Of a stretch of 64,000 bases of DNA, positions 19,673-28,140 are shown in pieces (position 1 is the first letter of the stretch; the number at the start of each line of letters is the position of its first letter). This stretch comes from Planctomycetota bacterium (GTDB lineage: Bacteria; Planctomycetota; PLA2; JAEUHO01). The notes beneath the pieces are model-generated. The model saw only the letters and a program-made list of their open reading frames with translations. It did not search any database and was not told the origin of the DNA. The stretch covers positions 1,024,001-1,088,000 of the forward strand of contig CBDCTJ010000007.1 of assembly GCA_965222115.1 (NCBI GenBank). The letters run 5' to 3'. The position numbers and the translations under genes are program-made.

Positions 19673-20415
19673 CCGCGTCCACGCCGAAGCGTGCGGCGGT
19701 AGTGCTCCTTAGCGGTGGCATGGATTCGGCGACGGCCGCTGCCATGGTGCGGCGCGAAGGCTATGACGTGATGGCGCTGTCGGTGGACTATGGACAGCGT
19801 CATGCCGTGGAACTCGAAGCGGCCCGGATGGTGGCCGCCTCCATGTCGATCGAACGCCACGAAATCGTGCGCGTTGATCTCTCGCGTCTGGGTGGGAGCG
19901 CACTGACCGATCCCGCAATTGCGATTCCCAAGGACCGACCGGTAGAAACCGCTGACGACATTCCTGCGACCTACGTTCCCGCTCGCAACATCGTCTTCGC
20001 GTCGTTGGGCTTGGCGGCGGTAGAGAGTTGGCATGCCGATGCGCTGGTGCTCGGCATCAATGCGGTTGACTACTCTGGCTACCCCGATTGCCGTCCTGCG
20101 TTCGTGGACGCGTTCCAGCATGTTGCCCATGTAGGAACACGACGCGGTGTCGAGGGCGCGGCGCCCAAACTTCTCACACCGCTGATCGATATGACGAAGG
20201 CGGCCATCGTCAAGACGGCATCGGAACTTGAGGTGCCTTTGCATATGACACTCTCGTGTTACGACCCACAAGATCGCAATGAATTGGCGTCTTCCATTGA
20301 CTCGCAATCCCATGTTTCATGGCGAGCTTGCGCAACGTGCGATGCGTGCCAGCTTCGAATCGCGGGCTTTGCAGAGGCGGGCATCGAGGACCCGGCCTTG
20401 CACCCAGTGCGTTGA
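19669..20415 (+). CDS. queC: 7-cyano-7-deazaguanine synthase
   Basis: SGGMDS, DYGQRH, TYVPARN, DYSGYPDCR, SCY...CxxCxxC Zn site; ATGA-coupled to livF. Confidence 0.95.
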   Translation: MTASTPKRAAVVLLSGGMDSATAAAMVRREGYDVMALSVDYGQRHAVELEAARMVAASMSIERHEIVRVDLSRLGGSALTDPAIAIPKDRPVETADDIPATYVPARNIVFASLGLAAVESWHADALVLGINAVDYSGYPDCRPAFVDAFQHVAHVGTRRGVEGAAPKLLTPLIDMTKAAIVKTASELEVPLHMTLSCYDPQDRNELASSIDSQSHVSWRACATCDACQLRIAGFAEAGIEDPALHPVR

Positions 20416-20760
20416 CCGGACCCCAATAATGGACCTTTCGTGGCTTTGAGGTAGGCGTTGACTCATTCTGACGACCGCTGGGTGCCCCCAAGACCATCGA
20501 ATCGAGATCCCGCTCACGTGTGATGGCAAGCGCACGGTTCGATGGGTTCCTGCAACACGGAATGTGGTTTTTCGTGAACGCAACTTGGCGAGAGTTCGCC
20601 GTGCAGGGAAGGCAGGTGTTCCGTCCGATAGGTGCGTGTCGACGAGAGTCGAGCCGCGATGCGCTGCAACGCAACGCGGTGGTCCAGACTGAGTATTTGC
20701 CCTGTCAACCCAAAACCTTCCACCACATCCCGAATCTCACAAGTCCCCTCAGTTTGGATC

Positions 20761-20803
20761 GGCGTTGTTGGGCCCACCACCCAACAACGCCACCTTTCTT
20801 TTT
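20761..20803 (+). terminator. Intrinsic terminator-like hairpin
   Basis: Perfect 12-bp stem GGCGTTGTTGGG/CCCAACAACGCC, 7-nt loop, then ACCTTTCTTTTT. Confidence 0.65.
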
Positions 20804-20831
20804 GGTCGGTTGCGCACTTTGCAAACACGAA

Positions 20832-21085
20832 CGACTTACTGGATGCTCGGTCTCACTTGCTCCGTCGTCCTTGCGTAGCAGACTACGCGGCGTCCTCCGT
20901 AGCGGCGCGATACCTTCGCCCCAGCAAGCCGCTTGGTTGGAGCGCGCTTAAGAGCTGAAATCACCTCGATTTAGGGGTGCTGACCGTTGGATGCTCGGTC
21001 CTGCACGTCCGTGTCGTTCTTGCGTAGCTCGGCTACGCGGCGGCCTCCACGAACGCACATTACCGTCGCCCCAACGATCCGATTG
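20832..21085. repeat. Two direct copies of a ~100-bp structured (REP-like) element
   Basis: Copies at ~20840-20935 and ~20988-21085 share TGGATGCTCGGTC, TTGCGTAGC..CTACGCGGCG.CCTCC and TACC.TCGCCCCA. Confidence 0.75.
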
Positions 21086-21279
21086 CGTATTCAAGCTCAT
21101 CTTAACTAGGCAGCTCGTTACTGGGGGCTCACGGGACGTCTTCCGTTGCTTGCGAACTCTTGGGTAGCTATGGGGCGCGTTTCGCGAGTTCGTGTTGGTT
21201 TGGGCGACTGAGAGTCGCGGATGGAGACGCGAGCTTCCAATGATGGGGTGCGTGGGCCGTTGGGTTGTAAGCTTGCGCC

Positions 21280-22926
21280 ATGAACTCAGCACGACGATGC
21301 GGGCTTCTCTTGTTGATGTCGGTTGTTGCGTCGTGTGGAGGGTCGGGTGGTGGGGGAGGGAGTGGCGGCGGGACGACGCCGCCCACGAGTTGGCGCAGTG
21401 CGTATTATCCGGTGGATTGGATGCCGGGGGACGTGGATGCTGAGGGACGGGCATTGCCGGATGTTTCGTATGCCGGATATAAATATGGAACAAGCGCGCC
21501 GGTGCGGCCGGCGGGGCCGGTTGTGGATGTGGTTGTTGATCACGGGGCGAATAATAGCGGTACGGGCGATGCAACAGCCGCGGTGCAGGCAGCGATTGAT
21601 GCGATCGAGGCGCTTGGTGGGGGGGTGGTGTTCTTTCCGGCGGGTACGTATCGCGTCGATGATGTGCTGCGTGTCGAAACAGATGGCGTGGTGTTGCGTG
21701 GCGAAGATGCCGATACGACGCAGTTGGCGTTTTCACGTCATGCCGGGATGTCGGACAAGGCGCATCTGACTTTTGCAGGCAACGTTTGGTTGGGTGCGCA
21801 CGTTTTGTTGTCGGCAGATGGTGAACGTGATTCGCATGACGTGTTCGTAGATGACGCTTCTTCGTATGTCGTGGGCGACACTGTCATTGTGGGTTGGACG
21901 ATTACGCCCGAGTTTGTTACCGAGCACGCGATGGACGGAACGTGGGGGCCCTTCAATGGCCAGTGGCAGCCGTTCTTTCGACGTGAGATTACCGCCATCG
22001 ACATGGCGGCGTCGCCCAACAAGATCACGGTGGACGTGCCGCTGCGCTATGTGGCAAAGACGCGTGACGCTGCGAGCATTCGCAAGGCATCGGTGTATCT
22101 ACGCGATGTCGCATTGGAGTCGATTGGTGTATCGACGGCAGTTGGATGGAATGATGCGTGGGCCGAAGAGCGCACCCATGCAGTGCGCATGGAAGGCGTG
22201 GTGGATGGCTGGATTCATGGCGTAAAGTCTCGCGTTTCCCCCTTCGCACCCACCAGTGGATCCGGGGCCAACGCGCATCTTCAGAATTGCGGCATTCTCA
22301 TTCTGGAGAGTCAGCGTGTAACTGTTGCTGAGTCGTCGATGGCGTTTGCCCAACATCGCGGCGGAGGGGGCTGTGGCTATCTCTTCGAGATCCGACAGTC
22401 GAGCGAAGTTCTCACGCGGGATTGCGACGCACGGGCGGGTCGGCACGGCTTCATTCAGAACTGGGGCTTTGGCGCGAGCGGTTGCGTGTGGTTGCGCTGC
22501 ACCAGTCGCGATGGGCTGGCGCTCTTCAGTCAAGCCTTCCCCACGATTGGCTCCCTCGGCTACAGTGAGTATCACCATTCACTTGCCATGGCGAATCTCG
22601 TGGATCAATGTGAAATTCACGATGGATGGTCCGCCGTCAATCGCGGGACGTTTAGCAGCGGCGCAGGTCATTCATCCACGCGCTGCGTGCTTTGGAACAC
22701 CACCGGAACGGGCAACCTGCGATCCGCGCAGTGGGGGTACGGGTACGTGATAGGAACCTCGCCGAGCTTAAGCGTGGATGTTTCGCCCACCACAGGGACT
22801 GCGGGTACGGCACCAACAGACGTGACCGAAGGTCTTGGCGAGCCCCTGCCCTTGGATCCACCCTCGCTTTATGAAGATCAGTTTCAGCGGCGCACCGGTT
22901 CGTCACCGGAGTCTGCGGGGCCCTAG
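21280..22926 (+). CDS. Lipoprotein with pectate-lyase-3-like right-handed beta-helix (putative polysaccharide-active enzyme)
   Basis: Lipobox VASC plus Gly/Ser linker; LPDVSYAGY, DATAAVQAAID..GGGVVFFPAGTY, VVLRGE. Confidence 0.75.
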   Translation: MNSARRCGLLLLMSVVASCGGSGGGGGSGGGTTPPTSWRSAYYPVDWMPGDVDAEGRALPDVSYAGYKYGTSAPVRPAGPVVDVVVDHGANNSGTGDATAAVQAAIDAIEALGGGVVFFPAGTYRVDDVLRVETDGVVLRGEDADTTQLAFSRHAGMSDKAHLTFAGNVWLGAHVLLSADGERDSHDVFVDDASSYVVGDTVIVGWTITPEFVTEHAMDGTWGPFNGQWQPFFRREITAIDMAASPNKITVDVPLRYVAKTRDAASIRKASVYLRDVALESIGVSTAVGWNDAWAEERTHAVRMEGVVDGWIHGVKSRVSPFAPTSGSGANAHLQNCGILILESQRVTVAESSMAFAQHRGGGGCGYLFEIRQSSEVLTRDCDARAGRHGFIQNWGFGASGCVWLRCTSRDGLALFSQAFPTIGSLGYSEYHHSLAMANLVDQCEIHDGWSAVNRGTFSSGAGHSSTRCVLWNTTGTGNLRSAQWGYGYVIGTSPSLSVDVSPTTGTAGTAPTDVTEGLGEPLPLDPPSLYEDQFQRRTGSSPESAGP

Positions 22927-22994
22927 CATCTGTCTCTCGTCGCGCGGTCGGATTTCCTCTGACACTCTGACTACCATCTTCCCCTTATAGAAGT

Positions 22995-23615
22995 ATGGCA
23001 ACACACGAATCATCTCTACGAGGGAACGGCGGCCTGCAGTCGTCGACTGAGGCGCTATGCACTCGGGCGCAGCTGGGTGACGAGGAGGCGCGGGCGGCGC
23101 TCTTTGATGCCGCTGTCGAGAAGGCCAGGCTCTTTGTGCGGCTGCGCCTCGGCCCTCGTCTTCGAACGCGGCTCGATTCGCAAGACGTACTGCAGGAGGC
23201 CTTCATCGAAGCCCACCGTGCCTTTGACCGCTTCGAGTATCGCGGTTCGGGATCGTTCACACGCTGGCTCTGTCGCTTGATTGAAAATCGAATACGCGGG
23301 CTTGCCGACCATTACGATGCAAAGAAGCGACAACCGCCCGGTGAAATGGCACGCGTATCTCAAGTCGCTGGACGCCTTGCGCAGGCTACGCTTGATCCCG
23401 CCAAACAGGTGCAGCAACAGGAAACGCACCGGCGTTTGGTAGAGGGCGTTGACAATCTTGAAGCCGATCAACGTGAGGTGTTGTTGCTAAGGTTCTTTCA
23501 AGATCGTTCGATCACAGAAATTGCCACCTTGACCGAATGCAGTACGTCCACAGTTCGCAGACTCATGGGACGCGCCGCTTTGGCACTCGGCGAACATCTT
23601 GAGCAGGCGCCTTAG
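22995..23615 (+). CDS. ECF RNA polymerase sigma factor (kinase-associated type)
   Basis: RLDSQDVLQEAF, FTRWLCRL, region 4 QREVLLLRFF..SITEIA; directly abuts the kinase gene. Confidence 0.88.
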   Translation: MATHESSLRGNGGLQSSTEALCTRAQLGDEEARAALFDAAVEKARLFVRLRLGPRLRTRLDSQDVLQEAFIEAHRAFDRFEYRGSGSFTRWLCRLIENRIRGLADHYDAKKRQPPGEMARVSQVAGRLAQATLDPAKQVQQQETHRRLVEGVDNLEADQREVLLLRFFQDRSITEIATLTECSTSTVRRLMGRAALALGEHLEQAP

Positions 23616-26600
23616 ATGTCGACACCGGACGAGGAAGAACTCGGGGCCTTCTTGGATCGATGCGCCGGTAACTTGGCGAGTCCGCCAAATGTAGACGATG
23701 CAAGCGAAGGAGAGCGGCATGCAGCTCGAGTCGCAAGTGCGTTTCGCTCGCTGCTAGCAGACGGCGGCGAATCACTTGAGGCGCTGCATGGCGACGAGCA
23801 GGTGTTCGTCCCTCCGCTTCCCGGGGACTATGACGTCATAAGCGAAATCGGGCGTGGGGGGATGGGCGTTGTCTATCAAGTACGGCAACGATCCTTGCCT
23901 CGCGTTCTCGCGATGAAAGTGCTGCATCCAACCACGCGCATGTTTCACGATGCCATTGTGCGATTCAAACGCGAGGCGACGCTGCTTGCTCGACTGCGCC
24001 ATCCCAATATTGTGAGCATTTACGACGTGGGAGAGGTGGATGGGCACGTCTACTTCACGATGGAATGGATCGACGGTGAGCCACTCGATACGATTTTGGA
24101 ACAGGGCCCGCTATCGGCTAAGCGCGCAGCGCGCCTCATGCAGCAGGTGGCATCGGCGGTGGACTATGTCCACGAACACGGGCTCATTCACCGGGATCTC
24201 AAGCCCGCCAACATCATTGTGGATGATCAAGACGTTGCCTACGTCACGGATTTCGGCCTTGCAATGGAACTCAATGCCGATTCCACGTTGACGCTCACGG
24301 GCCAAGTTGTGGGCACGCCGGCCTACATGAGTCCCGAACAAGCACGCGGCGGCAGCCATGCCGTCGACGAACGAAGCGATGTGTATGCGCTGGGCGTGAT
24401 GCTCTACGAGTGTGTGACGGGAAAGCGTCCGTTTCGTGAAGACTCACCCGCCGAACAGGTATATGCCGCGATCCATCGCGATCCGCCCACACTCAGGAGC
24501 ATCGATCGTCGTGCGCCACGGGATCTTGAAGTCATTACTCAAAAGGCGATGAACAAAAGCACCGAGGCGCGTTACGCGTCGGCATCGGCGTTTCGCGATG
24601 ATCTGGATCGCTATCTCGCCGATCGTCCGATTCGCGCGCGCCCGCCGCGGTGGACCTATCGCATAGGGAAATTCCTGGGTAGGCATCGTTTTGGAATCAC
24701 CGCCGCGGCGATGCTTTTGTTGGTCGGCGGCGCACTCTGGTGGCACATCGCGCAGCGAGAACGGGATCGATCCTTGGATCTCAATCGTTGGATGGCGTTT
24801 GCCAAAGAGCGCAGCGACGCGGGGGATCACGGTGCGGCTCGTCGATCGCTAGAGTACGCCTGGGAACAGTCCAGCGAGAGAACCGATGCGCTCTTTGATG
24901 CACGTACGGATGCGCGGTTTGGCCACGTTCAGGTGCTATGGCGAGATAAGCGGCTGAAGGACGCAGACCGGTTATTGTCCCGGATCGAACGCGATGCCAC
25001 GGAGCGCTACGGTGAGCAATGGAATGATAGGTCTCGATTTGATGTCTATTGGGCGCTCGCTGGCGTCGTGGAGAAGTCTACTTCAGAGAACGTGAATGCG
25101 CTGCATTGCCGCATTTGTGAGTGGGTGCCTCCATTGCGGACGCTACCTCCCGCACCCGCCGACTCTGAGCAACAGCGCATTTCGCCGGAGGCCGCGGCAA
25201 CTAGTCTCCTGATGCGCGTCGCACTTGATCAGTGGAAGCAGGCCGAGGCGTCTTCACGCCTTACCGCAAAGGTGATCCTCGGATCTCCACCCGCGTTTGA
25301 TAGTCAATCATCTCACCGTGTGCGGTGGCTGCAGAACGTGGCTGACGACGAATTCTTCCATGGCCTTGCCATGTTGCTGTCGACCTACGTCGATCCGAAG
25401 GTGGGCATTGACGATTGGGCTCGTGAACTCCTCGGGATGCTTGCGCTGTCAAACGCGTTGATCTCGGAGCTAGAGCTCACTCGTTTGCGTGCCGGACTTC
25501 GTCTATTGATGTCAAGTTCCGGCGACTTCGTCGTTCAGAAGGCCGCAGCTTGGGTCCTTTGCCAACTGCAGCGTATACCCCTGGAACCCGCATTTCGGGA
25601 TCCGAGGGTCAAGCAGGCCATCGAAGATCTGGATGTGGAGCACGTGCTTGCGCTCGATAGGACCCTTCTAGATCTTTCTCCCGGGCGAGCCTTTGAGCAA
25701 AGAAACGAGATCGCTGCCGAGTCGCTTATTGAGGCGACGCGACGCGGCCGCGAACCCCATTTGGGTCGTGATGCCTCTAGGCGCTGGCTCCTGGATCGAA
25801 CCGGTTTGACGTTGCCGGTGGAGGGGAAAGGTCGTGAACCCGATGCTCGCGCCCTTGAGCAGTGGTGGTCCGAAGTGAAGGCAATCGAACCCAAGCAACG
25901 ACTTGCATTGGCGCTCCGCGTAAACGTGCCGACGAGCAGGGAGCAGGCACGCACGCTCCTTCGAGAGTTCTCGACACAGCACGAGCAAAAGCAGCGTTGG
26001 CTAATAAATCTCCTCACGGTCGCAAACGTCTTAGATGAGAAGGCCCCACTCGTACTGCCAATTCATCTCCGAAGTACGAAGTCTTGGTACAGAGCTTGGG
26101 CGCTGCGACTTCGGCCAGCGGGGGAGGCGTACCGCGTTCTGTTGCAGGACGTGTTCTATCGTGACGGTGCATGGCACCTTGGTGAGACGCGCCAATCGTG
26201 GAGGCCACGGGGCGCCCTGATTCCACTTTCCGTTGACTACGAATCGATTACAGCCAATAGAGTCATGGTCAATGTTGGTGTGTCTCTGCCTGGCCTGGGC
26301 GCGCTGGGTCACCGCCGGGTACTAAAGTTCGCCTCGCTTCACGACACCGGGGTCAATGAATTCGGAGGCAGCATTCAGAGTGTCGTGACTAGTGGAGGGG
26401 TATTCAGTTCCGGCGGAACCATCTCTCGAACGCAGACTGCTGGCGGCATTACGCTAGCAACGGGATTCGTGTCGTCGCCAGATCTAAGAATCAGTGGAAT
26501 GAGCATTCCTGACCACTTCAGGCATCAATTCACCTTGGCGCTGCCAACCACCCAGAGCGAGTCGAGTGACCCGAGAACGCTCGACGACTGGAAGCAGCGC

Positions 26601-28079
26601 CTCGGGAACAATCTTGCGTTTCTCGCGAAAGGGATCACCGAGAGTGCCGCAGAAGCAAATTCTCCTCCTCTTCGATTCATCGCAGACTACTTTCACACCA
26701 TTCGAATGCAGTGTGCACTAGCCGCGCGATTTCCTCTGCCCGAGGCGATTCCTCACTTGGTTGTGATTCAGCGTGGTTCAGAGGCGTCACGGCGACGTCG
26801 CTATCCCGCGAGTGCGGACACTCATCAAATCACGGCCGCCTTTGCGAGGCTCATGGCTGGCGATTTACATGCGCTCGATGAAAAGGACACGCTGTCTCTG
26901 TTGGAGCGCATAGATGGAAATCGACATGGTGCCGATCTCGCTGTTGGGCGTTCGGGTGAGTCTTGGGCGCGCCTCGCCATCTCAACGAAACACGAACCCA
27001 TTCGCGAGTATGCGTTCGAGCGTCTGCGCGCTTGTTCCACGATCATGCCGAGCGCTGCCGGCGATCTGTTAGATGCTATGCGCGCCGGAGCACTCTCCGT
27101 CCCCGACTGGCTCGCGAAACGAATCAAGGAAGGTCCTACGGACGATCGGACGCTCCTTGGTCTCCTCAAGAAGTCTCTATGGATCAGCGTGGCGGCGGTT
27201 CTGTTCTGGTTGGCCACCCTGTGGACACTAGCGCGAGTCCTCGTAGGCGATCGCACGAAGGGACACGGCATCGTTCCGTCGGCACTCCTCGTTGTCTTTG
27301 GCGTGTTGATGGCGTCTGTTGACGTTTTCTACATGGGCACCGACGTGTTGTCCGATATTGCCGGGTATGCCCTAGCGGCGTTTGGTTGCTACAGGCTGGG
27401 GACGTTGAGCCAAGGAAGGCGTTCCTTGCGTTCCGCGAGGAGCTTCGCGATTGCCGGTCTGGCGATGCTCGTTGACCGGTGGATCACGCCCGTGCCTGCG
27501 TTGACGTGGCTCACGTTCGTTGCTGCCACGTCCGGCGTGATCGGATTGTATTGGCTGGCCAGCTATGTGCGCGGAACACCGAAGCTTAGTGCGACGCACT
27601 TGCCGGATCGACCCTCGGCTGCCACTAGTCCTTGGGTCGGGCGAATCGCGCTCATCACTGTGTTGGCGATGGTGCTGATGCTGATGACGATGACTGCGTT
27701 TGCTACCCCTCAGGGCGTTGGGTCTACTGGTTTTGGGTCGTTGTTCATTCTGATTGTCATCCTGACCCTTGCCTTGATTATTGCATTCATCGTGTCAGGC
27801 AAATCGCACCGTGCTTCGCTTCGAGATACGGATCGCGCGGTCGCTCGAATTCCCTTGTTGTTCCTGTTCTTCTACGTTCTTCCCTGCACGCTCGTTGCCG
27901 TGGCATGGCTAGTGGTGTTGACGGCGTCCAGCGAAAGCACGTGGTCAATCCGAGTCAAAGAGGCAACGGCACCGCTCATGCTCATTGCCTTATTGTGTGT
28001 CTTCGCGGCACTCGCACGATTGCTGCGAGCCGCGCGGGTACGAAAGGCGTACGTCCGGTATCGGGCGAACACGGCTTGA
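23616..28079 (+). CDS. Hanks-type Ser/Thr protein kinase with large central region and multi-TM C-terminus
   Basis: IGRGGMGVVY, AMKVL, HRDLKPAN, DFGLA, GTPAYMSPEQ, DVYALG; a TM after the kinase domain and ~8 hydrophobic helices at the C-terminus. Confidence 0.93.
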   Translation: MSTPDEEELGAFLDRCAGNLASPPNVDDASEGERHAARVASAFRSLLADGGESLEALHGDEQVFVPPLPGDYDVISEIGRGGMGVVYQVRQRSLPRVLAMKVLHPTTRMFHDAIVRFKREATLLARLRHPNIVSIYDVGEVDGHVYFTMEWIDGEPLDTILEQGPLSAKRAARLMQQVASAVDYVHEHGLIHRDLKPANIIVDDQDVAYVTDFGLAMELNADSTLTLTGQVVGTPAYMSPEQARGGSHAVDERSDVYALGVMLYECVTGKRPFREDSPAEQVYAAIHRDPPTLRSIDRRAPRDLEVITQKAMNKSTEARYASASAFRDDLDRYLADRPIRARPPRWTYRIGKFLGRHRFGITAAAMLLLVGGALWWHIAQRERDRSLDLNRWMAFAKERSDAGDHGAARRSLEYAWEQSSERTDALFDARTDARFGHVQVLWRDKRLKDADRLLSRIERDATERYGEQWNDRSRFDVYWALAGVVEKSTSENVNALHCRICEWVPPLRTLPPAPADSEQQRISPEAAATSLLMRVALDQWKQAEASSRLTAKVILGSPPAFDSQSSHRVRWLQNVADDEFFHGLAMLLSTYVDPKVGIDDWARELLGMLALSNALISELELTRLRAGLRLLMSSSGDFVVQKAAAWVLCQLQRIPLEPAFRDPRVKQAIEDLDVEHVLALDRTLLDLSPGRAFEQRNEIAAESLIEATRRGREPHLGRDASRRWLLDRTGLTLPVEGKGREPDARALEQWWSEVKAIEPKQRLALALRVNVPTSREQARTLLREFSTQHEQKQRWLINLLTVANVLDEKAPLVLPIHLRSTKSWYRAWALRLRPAGEAYRVLLQDVFYRDGAWHLGETRQSWRPRGALIPLSVDYESITANRVMVNVGVSLPGLGALGHRRVLKFASLHDTGVNEFGGSIQSVVTSGGVFSSGGTISRTQTAGGITLATGFVSSPDLRISGMSIPDHFRHQFTLALPTTQSESSDPRTLDDWKQRLGNNLAFLAKGITESAAEANSPPLRFIADYFHTIRMQCALAARFPLPEAIPHLVVIQRGSEASRRRRYPASADTHQITAAFARLMAGDLHALDEKDTLSLLERIDGNRHGADLAVGRSGESWARLAISTKHEPIREYAFERLRACSTIMPSAAGDLLDAMRAGALSVPDWLAKRIKEGPTDDRTLLGLLKKSLWISVAAVLFWLATLWTLARVLVGDRTKGHGIVPSALLVVFGVLMASVDVFYMGTDVLSDIAGYALAAFGCYRLGTLSQGRRSLRSARSFAIAGLAMLVDRWITPVPALTWLTFVAATSGVIGLYWLASYVRGTPKLSATHLPDRPSAATSPWVGRIALITVLAMVLMLMTMTAFATPQGVGSTGFGSLFILIVILTLALIIAFIVSGKSHRASLRDTDRAVARIPLLFLFFYVLPCTLVAVAWLVVLTASSESTWSIRVKEATAPLMLIALLCVFAALARLLRAARVRKAYVRYRANTA

Positions 28080-28140
28080 CGATAACGCTTCTACCTGTTC
28101 GGAGATGGAAGTGTGATCGCTCGGTGTTTCACTGAGGGGC

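Noticed and set aside
19669-20415. QueC as part of a defence system (Qat, Dpd, CBASS-associated)
   Set aside because: Canonical length and motifs, housekeeping context, queF present and no defence partners nearby.
20651-20682. Group II intron domain V-like hairpin (GAGCCGCG..GCAA..CGCGG)
   Set aside because: The basal stem does not close as in DV, no domain VI or reverse transcriptase is visible, and there is too little room for domains I-IV.
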